A stretch of DNA of 64,000 nucleotides, taken from positions 1-64,000 of the forward strand of contig JBFLGF010000074.1 of the NCBI GenBank assembly GCA_050230475.1. Direction: 5' to 3'. The notes under the pieces are model-generated. The model did not search any database. It was given only the letters and a program-made list of their open reading frames with translations, and was not told where the DNA came from. Made by a program: the position numbers and the translations under genes. Shown in pieces: positions 37,008 to 49,968 of this stretch (within the stretch, counting starts at the first letter, position 1; every line of letters begins with the position of its first letter). Source of the DNA: Ancylonema sp. Lineage: Eukaryota.

Positions 37008-37172
37008 ATGAAGGTCCGGTCTGCCGTGAAGCGGCTCTGTGACTATTGCCGCGTGGTCCGCCGGAAGGGCATTGTTTACATCATCTGCAGCGTCAGTCCA
37101 AAACACAAGCAACGGCAGGGATTTGCTTCGGCAGCTCCCGTATCCTCCCTGATCAGCCTTCCCAGCCGGTAA
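37008..37172 (+). CDS. rpl36: Nuclear-encoded organellar (probably mitochondrial) ribosomal protein L36 (bL36), 54 aa; absent from the ORF track
   Basis: [38 protein letters not shown] plus a 16-aa tail. Probable 5'-UTR intron at about 36798-36983. Confidence 0.95.
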   Translation: MKVRSAVKRLCDYCRVVRRKGIVYIICSVSPKHKQRQGFASAAPVSSLISLPSR

Positions 37173-39226
37173 TTTGAAATTCCTTCTTTCAGAAGCCAGC
37201 GAACTGAAGCAAAGCCTTGGCAAACCCGAATTGTAGTATAAATAATAAGAGCGGATTTAACCTGTATCTTTTATTGAAATCCAATTCTGATTTGAACAGC
37301 GCGTAACCTTCTCTATGCATCTTAATTGAAATCAGAACACCTTGCATAGAAGTGCCTTGGAATGTAATTGATGTGCAGATAGCCTGTGACTTACACCCCA
37401 TACCTTTTCGTTGATGAAACTGAACAGACATCCCCCGTCGATCCGTTTTCTATGATCTCTAAACAGCACTCTTTTGGTCTAGGCGAAGGGGAATACGATA
37501 CCATACCTAAAATTTCAAAGAGCCCAACGTTCGTGAAATACTGGCGGATAATTTATCCATATTTGGAAAACCGGTAGAGCTCCGATGTCGTATAGAGGAA
37601 TTCAAGAAAGCTGCACGAAGAAACCAAGCTAAAGCTTGGTTGGCAGGGAATCTGTGGGGGGGGCCTAAGCCAATACCTTACCTTCAACACTCTGGCATCT
37701 GTTCCACTATCTCTCTAAATTATGGGATGAATGGGATTACTTTGCGTGTTCAGACCTACGATGAGATTGCCCCCACCAGCCTTGCCCTCATTTGCGGCTA
37801 GAATCGGCGGCCATCCACCCTATACTGCCTCCACAAGTCCGGTCAAGTCACGTGTTGGCCTTGCCGTCTTGCTTGAACCTCAAGTGAATGGCAAGGGATC
37901 AAGATAAGAGTGAGAGGAACAAATAGGGGAGGAGTTGGAGATGGACAAGGAGGGTGATTGATGTGTAAGAAGTAGGCCAATGATTCAACTCAATATGAGT
38001 CATCGTCAAAGGAAGTTGGGAGCACAGAATCAACACAAATTTTTGTAGGGCTGGCAAAGACGGTTTGATCGTGGAGGGACACGATGGGAGAGAAGGTAGT
38101 TCGGAGGTGTTTGTCATCCCCCTTGATGTCAAAGACAAGGAGTGAAAAATACAGTATGCGGCAAGTGTCAACATCCAGAGGGAATAGACATAAAATATCT
38201 TTGTTTTGAGAGATGGAGTTATTCTCAGTACTCGGAGGAGTGAATCAAGTGCACACATTGTACTTAGCGTATAGCATTGTTATCTAAACTCGTGTTGAAA
38301 TTTCAGATAAACTTGGTCCTCTTAGTTGGAAATGGAAAAAAAATACAAAAAATCTCATGGTGCAAACGGAAAACACCGTGTACTCTTTCGAGTCGAGAAT
38401 GTTGACTATTTGTTTCGATTATTTCGGAGTAGGTGTCACCTCGGATGTGGTGATGCATTTGTCCAGAAATAAATTATAATATAACATGAAGCATGTAACA
38501 TGCGTTGGGCGAATTTCGATCGCAACCGTATAACGGGTATTAGATGGGTATTGGGTATAGCGGGGGATTGAATGAAAAGGGGATACGGTGGCTTCTGCCA
38601 TTACGCTCCGGTGAGGGCGATGAGGCCGGCAGATAAGGCGGATTGCCAGTCTAGGCTCAACGGGTAGAACGTGTCAGCCGTACACGACAACAGTGGGAGC
38701 TACTATTCAGCAATGTGCAAGGGAAGTGGTGCAGAGACACTAGATGCAACAATGTTGCGGCGGGGATTAGGCAGCGTTCTGAGGAGCTGGACATCGTTTT
38801 AAGCATAGCGGTTGAACAAAGATAGAATAGACTTCTAAGTGGCAGCTGCATTGCGATTAGGAGCTCCATTGAGGAGAGCTGCGCTGTAGGAAAACGATGT
38901 CTTTAAAAGGGTACTTCACGGTTTTAGTTGGATCGGACATAAAATAGCTTGTTGTTTTAGGTGTAAGCGGTTCAGACTTGGGAGACGTCTCCAAAAGCGA
39001 CAACAAAGATAATGAGGATGCGGAAGAGGCCTAAGGGGCCTTCCTTGGGTGAGTAGACCGCAGAATAGTATAATAGGCCGACTTGTAGTTCATTGTAACT
39101 TGATTTGTCGGAATTATTACACAAACATTTATTGTTTGCCATTGTATATACATGAATTTGTGTGTCCGGTCACTTCATCAGCATTGTTATGTCATTGTCA
39201 ACGGCCATGCGCATGATCTGAGCACT

Positions 39227-39283
39227 ACACACACACACACACACACACGCACACACACGCACACACGCACACACACACACACA
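39227..39283. repeat. (CA)n microsatellite
   Basis: Directly visible. Confidence 0.9.
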
Positions 39284-39669
39284 ACATTGCTCAGCCCATA
39301 GCCTTGGGATCCAAAAAAGAAAAAATCAAACATGAATAGATTGGGTTAGCGTTTGGGGGGAAATATGGCTAGAGGGTGATGTGAACACATTTCTAGGGTA
39401 TTTCGGGAAATTAGGGTTTCGGATCTGGCGCTTTGGGCAGAATGGGACTTGTGCCTGAGTTTTGCCACACGACTAAATACGGTACGAGACATGCCTGGAT
39501 GTTGCCTTTCACTGCTTCTCTTAAAAGTAGTGACACGGTTGTCGACATGTCTAGGCAAACTTTTTTTTAGGCAGAAATAGAAATGAAGTAGGCGAAGAAC
39601 GTGAAGATTGAGTCACAAGAAGAGTCGAAGCGGAAGAACAAATGCGATTGTTGCAGTCCACTCAGTCTT

Positions 39670-39890
39670 TGACCAGCCCGGGTGAGACCACCCAGCCCGG
39701 GCTGGACATCCCCGATTCGGTTAATGGTTCCCCCTAACCCGGGTTTGCCGTGTTGTGATTCGTGGACCCGGGTCGGTACCCCCCAATCCGGGTTGGACCC
39801 CCCCAAACCCGGGTTTCATGCCCCTTTGGATATGGTCGGAGAAAAGGGTTAGAGGCTGGGAGCGGGGGCTGGATGCGACCCGGGCTGGGG
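39670..39890. mobile_element. Probable MITE or DNA-transposon end rich in CCCGGG palindromes
   Basis: Repeated (a/g)cccggg(t/c) motifs; paired TIRs and a TSD were not found. Confidence 0.4.
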
Positions 39891-40159
39891 GCTGCGCACT
39901 GTGCTGTGTAGGATATAAGAGCTAAGGATTACTATTGAGCCAGCGAAACAAGAGGGTGCCGTTAACAATGACAGTACCGAGTTTGGCGTCTGGCAGCAAA
40001 TTATCGAAGTGTTGGGAACGAACGGGATATGGCGTGCAGTTAAACAAAACTGGCGAGCATATAACATTTTACAGCGCTTGCACATTGCTGCTACGCAAAA
40101 TTTGAATAAAAAAATAGTCTGATGGCTGGAATACGTCTGGTTTGCCTGCTTGATGCGGC

Positions 40160-43100
40160 ATGGTAGAGGGATTTCCGGGTGCTGAGGCGGAACCTAGGTC
40201 GACTGATGACGCGTCTGCTGTACCGCAGTGTCCAATTTGTCTCGATCCGATCAAATGCGAGGCCTTTACCAACACATGCAAGCGTGAGTCGCACGCAGTA
40301 CCGAAATGGCTCTATGTTCCCTACTGCATATTTATGCTGATAGTAGCGCCAGCGCTGTGAATTCAGTTTTTTGTAGCCCGCAGAAAATCCTGCCAGCATG
40401 AAAATGGATTCAGGACAATCATCACCATGACATCACCATGACATCACCATGACATCACCATGACATCCTCACATTATGCCCTCCTGCCGGAAGTCGGTTG
40501 AGCGCTGAAGGGCTCTATTGCCGATGACGCTTTCTTTGTCCGTTGCACAGACTGCTTCGACTTGACCTGCATAGTCAAGTGGGCGGAGCACCTCAACGCT
40601 CATCCAGACGTGCCGAGTGATGATTCTGACGCAGCTACTCACCCTCTCGTAACCTGCCCTCTTTGCAAGGTACACAAAGTTCTTTCAGACGACAGCATTG
40701 TGGTTGCATACCAAGACTGGTCACCTCATAAATGCCGTGACACTCTGCCTCAATCTCTCCAGAAATATTCATTCCTTTCTCTTCTTCTTCCCAGTAATAT
40801 TCTGTAGCAAGACAAACCTTTTTTTTTTCTTCTTCTTCTTTTTTACAGCAATGTGTTGTCACAAGTTCATTTACTCACATGTACTTGTGCACATGGATCA
40901 GTACACTGTCGAAACATTTGTGTGTACGTACCACCACATCTGAAGGATGAGGTCCACCTCACCGACACAATCATCAGTGCCTCCGGTGTGAACAAAGGGA
41001 TGGATAAGTAGGTTCATACCGCTGAACTCACCTACTTCGGGCGCAGACTCCCTTCACTTATGTCGCCTATGACGTCAGCCGCCACTACCATCAGAAGCGC
41101 TACGTCACGCACCCCCCCCCAAACCTCAGGTGCTCACACTTCTGAATCCACAACCCTTATGCAAGCCACCTTTCCTCAAGTCCAAAAAGGGATGCAATAG
41201 CCTATTCATTCACTTCTGTGGCAGGGGTTGTGGGACCCCCAGGCATTTCCAGCTGTCAGCAGGTCATTGGAGGAGGAGGGAGGTGTACTTTCCGTCAGAC
41301 CCACTTTCAGGTCCGACCAGTGCATGAAAAAACGGTTTCCAATATTGACGATGGTCCCGACGTGGACCCTGCCAGGTGTCATGCTATGATTGATCAAGCC
41401 ACACAGTAGAAGACGTGTGATTCTTCTCTTGACACACACACATGTACACATGCATGGGTGTGTCTGTTTGTATACGTATGTAAATCTACGGGTCTCTGCA
41501 CATGTGTATGTATGATTATCTCCATGCTTGCATGAATCCATCTTGAATATTCAAGGATAATAAAAAATTGGACGTCTGTATGTATGTACGTGTATGTATG
41601 TAAAAGCATGTATGTATGTATGCATGACTGTGTGGATGCATAGTTCCACAACCTAAGGGGTGCAGATTTTCGAATCGTATTTGAACAGAAGCTGGTACGT
41701 GGTACCTGTAGAGCTTGGTCCACAATATTGAGAATTCAGTCGGAAATTTGAGGTGCTCCCACAGTCTCGAATGTACAAATGTACATTTGAAATATTGTTG
41801 TACACTTCGCACTCACACACGTACACCTATGTGCACGTGTACAAACACGGACTGTGCGTATTTGTGCGCTCGGGCGTGAGTCGTGATCACATACACTGCA
41901 TGTTACCATGCTTTAATATTGGGTTGCCCATACCAGATGCCAACGGAAGCACGTCTACATGTATATGTCGACGTGATGCAATACAAGAATCCCAAAATGC
42001 ATCCATTCCTTCGAGTTTTTAGATTCTATGCAGAAACCCTAAAAATATGAACCCCACCCCACAGTTATGCACTGGATTCGGAACCGATTTATATCCGGTT
42101 CTGTCCGAAAATTGGGTATGTGAGTGTACAACTATGTATGTAGGTATGGGTATGGACGTGTACCTGAAAATCTGTATGTGTGTATGTATGTATACCTGTG
42201 TGTATGTGTGTATGTGTGTATGTGTGTATGTGTGTATCCGGTTCTGTCCGAAAATTGGGTATGTGAGTGTACAACTATGTATGCCAACGGTAAGCACGGT
42301 ATGGAAAATGTATATGTGAAGCACGTCTACATGTACAGTAAATACTCATTACAGGCACATCTTTGGTACACCGAAAACGTGTGCGTAAAACGTAACATGG
42401 TTGTGTCTGTAACGCATTAATCGCGTTACGGGCATATTTGCCAGGGGCCCTGAATCAGATGTACCTGTAACGAGGGAATCTCAAAATTTTGACCCCAGAG
42501 CTCATGAGAATCGTCTGCCATGTCTTTGGAAAAAAGTTACCATGAAATGTTGTCCTTCGAGTTTTTAGATTCTATGCAGAAACCCTAAAAATATGAACCC
42601 CAACCCACAGTTATGCACTGGATTCGGAACCGATTTATATCCGGTTCTGTCCGAAAATTGGGTATCAAAGGCTTCTGAGATGTGAGTGTACAACTATGTA
42701 TGTAGGTATGGGTATGGACGTGTACCTGAAAATCTGTATGTGTGTATGTATGTATACCTGTGTGTATGTGTGTATGTGTGTATGTGTGTATATTCTGTGT
42801 GTATGTGTGTATGTGTGTATGTATGTATGTATGTATGTGTGTATGTGTGTATGTGTGTATGTGTGTATGTGTGTATGTGTGTATGTGTGCACATATATCT
42901 TCTGGTGCGACTGTGCCATGTGTGCACATCATATCTTCTGGTGCGACTGTGCCAGGCGAAGTCACAGCCAACCAAGCAGCGCCACTTGGCGACATCTCTA
43001 CCACCACCCCTCCTGGTGCGCATCAAAGGGTTTGACGAGGTACAAGTGGGGCAGCTGGTCGGAAGCTGCCAGGTGGCAAGCCCCGATTAAGCCACTGGTT

Positions 43101-44602
43101 GTCTAGAGGAGCCGGTGGGCCTCAGCTGAAGGCGTGGGTGAGGAGGGAACTGCAGGCGGTTCTGGCGGTGGGTTCGGAACGGATACATCGCAAAAACATA
43201 AAATAAAGTAAAGTAAAATAAAAAAAGTGTGGTCCTTGGAGGAGGAATGGGACCTTGCCGCCCACGGTAGTTCTGTGGGAGCTCAACTCTGATTTTTTCG
43301 AAATTGGTGGTCAAAATTGACGTTTGTTACATTTCAGCTGGAGCTGCCAGGATTCGATGTGTGCACTATTCCCGTACTTCGATCTTGGAATCCAGTCTAT
43401 TTGGAGTTGTTTTGAAGGGAGGTTGGCTGCCAGGTTTTGTGATTGAGAGGGAGCAGTCTGGGAGGGGGGTGGTCGGGGATCTCAGGAGGAGGACGTGGAG
43501 CAGGCGGTGGGTCAGGTGATTTCAACATTTGAGTTTGTGGCTGTTGAGTTTGTGGCTGACAGGAAGTGAGACTAATTTCCTGACTCCTGGCTTTCTAGTC
43601 CGATTTTTTGTGGAATCCACCTGTTATGAATTTCGAAGAGTTGCCAAGCTGAGGGCGCGTTTTGCGATGTCATTAAAAGTGGGTGCCCTGTGTTCCTGTC
43701 ATTAAAAGTGGGTGCATTCGATGTGGGAATCATGCATGCAATCCGTACAAACCATCATATGCTGAACTTATAACCCAACGAAATATGTGTGAGAGAAAAA
43801 GCTGATGGTAAATGTGAAAAAAAACCAATGACAAGACGTATCCCAAAAGATCCTGACTCCTGGCTTTCTAGTCCGATTTTTTGTGGAATCCACCTGTTAT
43901 GAATTTCGAAGAGTTGCCAAGCTGAGGGCGCGTTTTGCGATGTCATTAAAAGTGGGTGCATTCGATGTGGGAATCATGCATGCAATCCGTACAAACCATC
44001 ATATGCTGAACTTATAACCCAACGAAATATGTGTGAGAGAAAAAGCTGATGGTAAATGTGAAAAAGACTGAACCAATGACAAGACGTATCCCAAAAGATG
44101 ATTGAAGTAATGTCAAAGTGCGACTTGAGTTAGGTTCTAAAAATAGAGTCGGTTGTTTGGCAGGCGGAAATTCGGTACTAAGAGGCCCAATGGTGAGGAT
44201 CCGGCCAGCTGGCAGCCTGCTATTGCTCAAGCAGTCCACCCCTTTGTCCTCGACCACGAAGACAGGTTCGCATCAGAAATGACGCGGTTCATGGAATCAG
44301 GCGAGGGTGTGGCGGCTTCAGAAGAGTCCCCAGGATTCGGACATGTGGCAGGCTTAGGAGCTGCCACCTCACAAGCTCCTGCTGAGAGTACGGGAAGGGG
44401 AGGGAGGGGTGGGGGTGGTGGTGGGGGCCAGGGAGTCGAAGGGGAGGGCATTGGGGGGGGGATGTGGGGGAGACAATGGATGGCGGACGGTTTTTCTGGA
44501 GGGGATGGGAACAGGGATGGGGATGGGGATGGAGGGGATGGAGGGGATGGAGAGGTGGGGGGCTGGTTTGTTGGGGGTGGTGAGGACACTGATGATTGGT
44601 GA
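40160..44602 (+). CDS. Topors-like RING E3 ubiquitin ligase, multi-exon
   Basis: Exons 40160-40283, 40551-40669, ~41047-41129, ~41225-41310, ~42956-43167, ~43338-43515 and ~44164-44602. RING CPIC..CKHCFDLTC..CPLC, then LKAWVRRELQAVL and AVHPFVLDHEDRFASEMTRFMESG. The middle exons are uncertain. Confidence 0.8.
40420..40466. repeat. 11-bp tandem repeat (catcaccatga) x4
   Basis: Directly visible, intronic. Confidence 0.9.
42007..42890. repeat. Intronic ~230-bp direct duplication (42007-~42235 and 42553-~42790) with (TGTGTATG)n tracts
   Basis: Both copies begin tccttcgagtttttagattctatgcagaaaccc. Confidence 0.85.
43578..44099. repeat. Intronic tandem duplication, period about 273 bp
   Basis: Near-identical copies start tcctgactcctggc at 43578 and 43851. 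Confidence 0.9.
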
Positions 44603-45478
44603 TCTGTTCGGGAGAGAGTGGGGCGTGTCGAGGATCCATTGGATAACAATGACACCTGGCAGCATAGGTGAGGTGATGGGGAGGAAGTGATGTGGCATAG
44701 CCCAACATATGCAAAAATACATGCCTTGAAATAATCAGTGCCTTTGTTTGAGTTTTCCAAAGGAGCGGTTGTTGACACATAAGGCTGTGGCTTTGTGTGG
44801 TGTCACAGGCAGGGCTTCATTATTACTTTTTGGCGTGAAGTTGTTTGGAGAGGAATGTGGCTCTGTTGGCGATAATGGAATGTGTTAAGTACGAGAGAGG
44901 GCAAAACGAGCAATTAGGTGGCTTAATTAATCATCAAGGTCTGTTTGATGGATTGCACGGATTGTCCAGACTGGTTCAGGGCAGAGGCTTTAGACCTAGG
45001 TTTTGTATTCTTCTAAGCTCTTAGACTGGATAATTTAGGGATTTTGCCATATGTGATTATGTGTAAAAATCAAGAGGAAAAAGAAGTGCAGAAGTGAAGT
45101 ATCAATAGCAATCTCAATAAAAGTTATTTGGGAAATGTCAGAAAGAAAGTCTTGTCTCAACTGTGAATTTTGTACCTTTGCATGAAACAGTTTTTGTATG
45201 ACACGTATGAATGCAAATATAAATACAAACACTGAAGCATTGGCTTTAGAAAGCATTGGCTTCGACAACTCGCTTGACATTGCCACTCGTCTAGGGTGCC
45301 GAATTGCAATTCATCCAATAAGATCCCCTAAACTGAGTTTATGGTCCACCTCTCGGTTCTTTTGTCGTTCGTTTCGTTTCAAGCGGCATTCTTTACATTT
45401 CAGTACGTTCAAGTACATTCGAGTACATTCAATTTCATTTAAGTATATTCAATTACATGTCGGACGATAATCAATCGT

Positions 45479-45621
45479 GTGCCTATATGATGATATATTG
45501 TGCCTAAACAAGGGAATGTGCCCAAACGAGGAAATATGCCTAAATCGGTAAATGTGCTCATATAGTGAAATGTGCCTATATGGTGAAATGCGCCTACACG
45601 GTGAAATGTGCGTATACGGTA
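45479..45621. repeat. Degenerate 18-bp tandem array (gtgaaatgtgcctatatg), about 7 copies
   Basis: Directly visible. Confidence 0.8.
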
Positions 45622-47067
45622 GAGGTAGTGAGGTGCGGCATTATCGTTCTTTAGCCATGTTTGGCACATGTGTGGGTTTTCCACAGTGACGGTTTCATGG
45701 ATACGTGTCCTGACGAGCGTAGTTCTCATTATTAGTTTATATTTGCAACTGAAGGCCTTAGTTAGTAATGAACATTATGATTGTTCCGCCGTTCACGGCA
45801 CCCTATTCGCTAGGACATGCCGCCAAACTTGCGGACAGCACGTTACTGAGCAATTGTAGAAACACATCCGTTCCCCATACAATGTGTCGTAAGGTAGTCA
45901 CCCACGTCAAAAGCCTATGTGGCTAGGAGTACACATTACGATAGCGACAAAGTTATGGTAGGTGCATTACGTCCTTCATGTATCCTATACGAGTAATGGC
46001 GGAAGCCAGCCATAAAGTCATACGACAAGAGAAGATCTGTGGCGGACATACATTGTATCTAGCTGAAGTAGCGATGTGCATGACATAGCCATTAAAATAC
46101 TTGGCTAGGAATACGGTAGCAAGCATGTCGGTGTGGCAGCCAGTTTAGCGCCACCGCGAAAAGGTGCTGATCGGATTGAAGCTGAGCGCTACATGTTTTT
46201 GCAACATTTGTACTCAGACCTCAATAGATCTTTGTGCACCTCGGGAACCGCTGCTAAAATGATTACACAAATCCGTGAGTAATTTGTATGTGAGTTCGGC
46301 TGGCTTTCAGCCTATGTGAATTTGACTTTTAAGCATTTTTGATTTGAGTATCGATCGATCGAACATTACACCTTAACACACTTTACAAGCGTCGGGCACT
46401 TTACGTCCAGACCGAAGGCAAAGCCTTGCCATAGGTAGACTAAGAAAAAGCATTTTGACATGTCGTATACACGTGAGATATGTTTGCAATGGTGTATGTT
46501 ATCGCGCACGTGTGTGTGACGGACCACAACTAGGTCAGGACTCCATGTGTGTACATCCATGTTGAGAGAGATATAAGAATTCGCACGGGTGAACACATAT
46601 TACGACAAATTTCGTTGTAAGTGATGAATCGCACGCGAGACTGTGGCACGATGCTAGATGGTACGACATACGTTTCAAGTACATTCAAGTACTTGTTGGT
46701 CCATGTAGGATCGTGTGCGTATATGGTAGTTGCGCCGCCGGTTGCAATCAAGAACCAGTGCAGGAGGTAGTAGCGCAAGTGGTTGCACAATATGGCGGGT
46801 TGCTAATGTAGTAGAGAATGACGTGATTCCCGGCAGACCCGTAGTTGGCGGTCCGAGACGTCGCACGCGCACAGTCGTTAGTACTGCACAGTTGATGTTG
46901 ATGTACAGTATGGACAACAGTCATGATTGCATAAGGTTGCATTTGCATTTGGCATAGGCGTGCGGAATACTTGGACGATAAATATTCGTGCGAGCGCTAG
47001 ACGACAGTTCAGTATTTCGAAAGACTTGGCCGTAGCTGCAGCTAAAACAGTGACCCTAATCGTTTCG

Positions 47068-47529
47068 GAGTGTGCCCCGATGGTATTCAACGTTATCTCT
47101 ACAACTACTGTGCATTGTTATCGCATCTTGGCTGATACATGCATTACATCTCTAATCACGATTTGTACGCGTTACTGGTCGGGTGATTTGGCGGTAGATC
47201 GAGCTTACAGCAGAATGGATATTGTCCGCATTCATCCTAGTTTCGAACTCACGTTCAGGAACTCATGCATTACCTTGCCTTAGGTAAATCTTCCAAGTTT
47301 TTATCCAAGGCAAGGTATTGCTTGAGTTCTGAACGTGAGTGTTCGAAACTTAAATGTGTGCAAATATTATGAACTCCACCGTAAGTTCTACCGATCGAAA
47401 AATCACCCGATTAGTAGCTAGCAGGAATCGAACCAGCGATGTAATGCATGTACCACGCAGGATGCAAACAACGCGATAACAATGCACGGTGAATGCAAGG
47501 AAAGCGCTGAACACCACCGGGGCACACTC
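47068..47529. repeat. Long imperfect inverted repeat (foldback), arms about 220 bp, loop about 11 nt
   Basis: agtttcgaactcacgttcaggaactc..taccttgcctt pairs with aaggcaaggta..gagttctgaacgtgagtgttcgaaact; outer blocks such as gagtgtgcccc/ggggcacactc also pair. Confidence 0.9.
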
Positions 47530-48882
47530 TCATGCGCATGGACTGTAAGCACGCCAACAATGCGCATGGACTACCGTACAGCTAAGCAAACGTCCACTGC
47601 CAGGTGCTCGTGTGTGCTTCCTCGGGTACCGATGAGTCTTCCGGACATTCCGTTGGTCCTAGCGGGTGTTGCTAATGATGACTCTTCTATAACAACAAAT
47701 GACACGCTATATCGCGAAACGATATACACCTTGCTAGGCACATCTACTTGTTCGCGTGTCAAACTGCTTTTTAGGCACATGACCATATATGGTCCGACAG
47801 CTAGTCATAATCATTTTGGTGGAGGAGATGTATACGAGTTGTGTGCTTGCACTCGATGGTGTAGATCCCGGGAGAGATACATGGCATGGGTCTACATGTG
47901 TGCAGAGCATAAATCCACACGTGCATGTTTGCACGTCTTGGATGGCGTTCGTTATTAGGTGTAGTCACATGTGGGGGAAGACAAGTGCCAATATGTTCGT
48001 TAGTGCGGTGGCATCACACGTATGGGAGTGGGCGATGCTAGATGGCACAACATACTTTTCATTGTACATTCAAGAATAAGTAAGCACTCCATTTCGATTG
48101 TGGTTCCCTCCCAATCGATCGAAGGGTTAAAAGAAGCTCAGCAAAATGCCCGCCTCCCCTATTTCGGGAGGCGGTTGATGACCGAACAATATCATGTTCG
48201 ACCAATTCTCATAGTCTTTTGCTTGCATATTGGCTGTGAGGTCGCGGTATTTTGATGTTTTAATCTTTCGGGAAAATCCCTGGCAAAATGCGGTTTAAAT
48301 GCTTGGGACGCAATCTAACGGTTTGTCTGTATGGACCGCTATCCATGGTCCATTTCCAGCTGGTCGGTGCAACTATGGTTCAAGTTTCTATAGACTTGCT
48401 TTTTATGCATTGTTTTATAATTCTTATGTAGTTGTGAAATACGACTGCTCACTTGCAATCTGAACGCATTGTGAACATGTCTTCTCAACATAAAATGTTC
48501 ATGAACCTTGTGAATCTAGATGGCGGGTGTACGATTTGTTTTTGCAAACATTTCCTTTTTTGCAGCAAAAATACAAAATATTGAAACGAAGAGAATATTC
48601 AAAAGATTTTTGGAGAGCAAAGCCTGTTCATTATTTCGGACTACAAGCTATACCGATTCTTTACAAGCTACACCGATTCTTTTGAAGCTAAATGACACTA
48701 GTTAACCATCAATTGCTTTTGTCATTGACCACATTTGCCCATATCCTACGTTAAGAGTGCTAAAATTGTGCTGCATGCATTCATTTCCATATGACATGGA
48801 TGGCAAGGAATATAGATCCTAGACAACAAGTAGCCATACCCACTTAAGGCCCATGCAAGACATTGATAATGTATGGTTTTTT

Positions 48883-49968
48883 TTAGAGATGATAATCCAT
48901 GGCACTGATCTTGCCGTGGTCATGATGGTGAAACAACTTAGTCAACACACCCATCGCAACAAGAACCGATCCTACTAGCAGCTTATCGTACTTCTCAATC
49001 CATTGGAACTTCAATTGGCTGCTACCGTAAAAGGAAATGGCCACAAGCGTGAGCATGACTGCGAGGGTAGATACCAATAGGACGAGGACAGCCATGAACA
49101 TGGCGCCCTTGGAGGAATTTCCGACCGCGAGAAAAACGGGGAGAGTGGTGGCACATGGGGAGAGAGCAGGGACCAAGATGAGGCCAGCCACAGCCATTTT
49201 CTCAACATTGCCTCCATGGCTATGCGCATGGCCATGGCCGTTGTGACCGATCATGAAAAGGACCATGTAGGCAGCGCCGAGGACAACGAGGAGCAAAGAG
49301 GCGATGTTGTTGACAGCCTCTTCCCCGGCAAGGGAGTGAGCCATGGTGATGGCTGTGAAGCCGAGAAGGGAAGTAGAGAGGACGTGGCAGAAGGCTCCCC
49401 CAGCAGCTACAGGAAGAGGAACAAAGAGGATACAAAGAGGAATTTGAAATCCAGCCCGGTAGCGAGGGGTACTGGAATCAGAGGCTACAGCAGCCGCGCG
49501 AGGTGACTGAATTGATTTTCAGAGGAGCTTCAGAGGTGATGTCGAGCAATAAGCTAGATGAGAGGAGACTCATTACTATGAGCACATCACGGCATCTGAA
49601 TGCGAATGCAGGATAAGATATTTGGAGGATCATCATCACGACGTTGTGGTCTGCATACGGGAGAGCTGAAATCTTACGGAATATTCAAATCTGAATGATT
49701 TCACCAAGAGCAGGCCCGTGAACAGTCAACCATCAGCAGCCAAGCCATTTTCGATTTTGTGTTGGGATGCAAGGTCCTCAAAGACGCATTGTTGATACAG
49801 GGATTCGGATCCGGGCGACTCACTGACGAGAAGTGTCTGAGTTATTGTCCACTTCTGCGCCCTCCCTACGACTGAAAACGGGAGCCAGTGGGTAGGGATG
49901 AAGGAGTGGAGAATGGAGACCGTAGCTATGCCCCCGAATGTGGACAGCTCAGCTGCGTCCACCGCCAT
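48883..49968 (-). CDS. Conserved plant His-rich multi-pass membrane protein (Ni/Co-transporter/DsbD_2-like), 2 exons
   Basis: Exons 49824-49968 and 48883-49406. LHSFIPTHWLPFSVVGRAQKW, GHGHAHSH loop, LVPALSPCATTLPVF, His-rich C-terminus. Metal transport is inference. Confidence 0.85.

Noticed and set aside
37600..39100. Decayed coding-like sequence (also 5800-6450 and 61880-62360)
   Set aside because: Many stops in the frames read and no recognisable family motif; cannot be called without a search.
45700..45760. CTGACGAG as a hammerhead ribozyme core
   Set aside because: No stem II followed by GAAA and no closing stems found.
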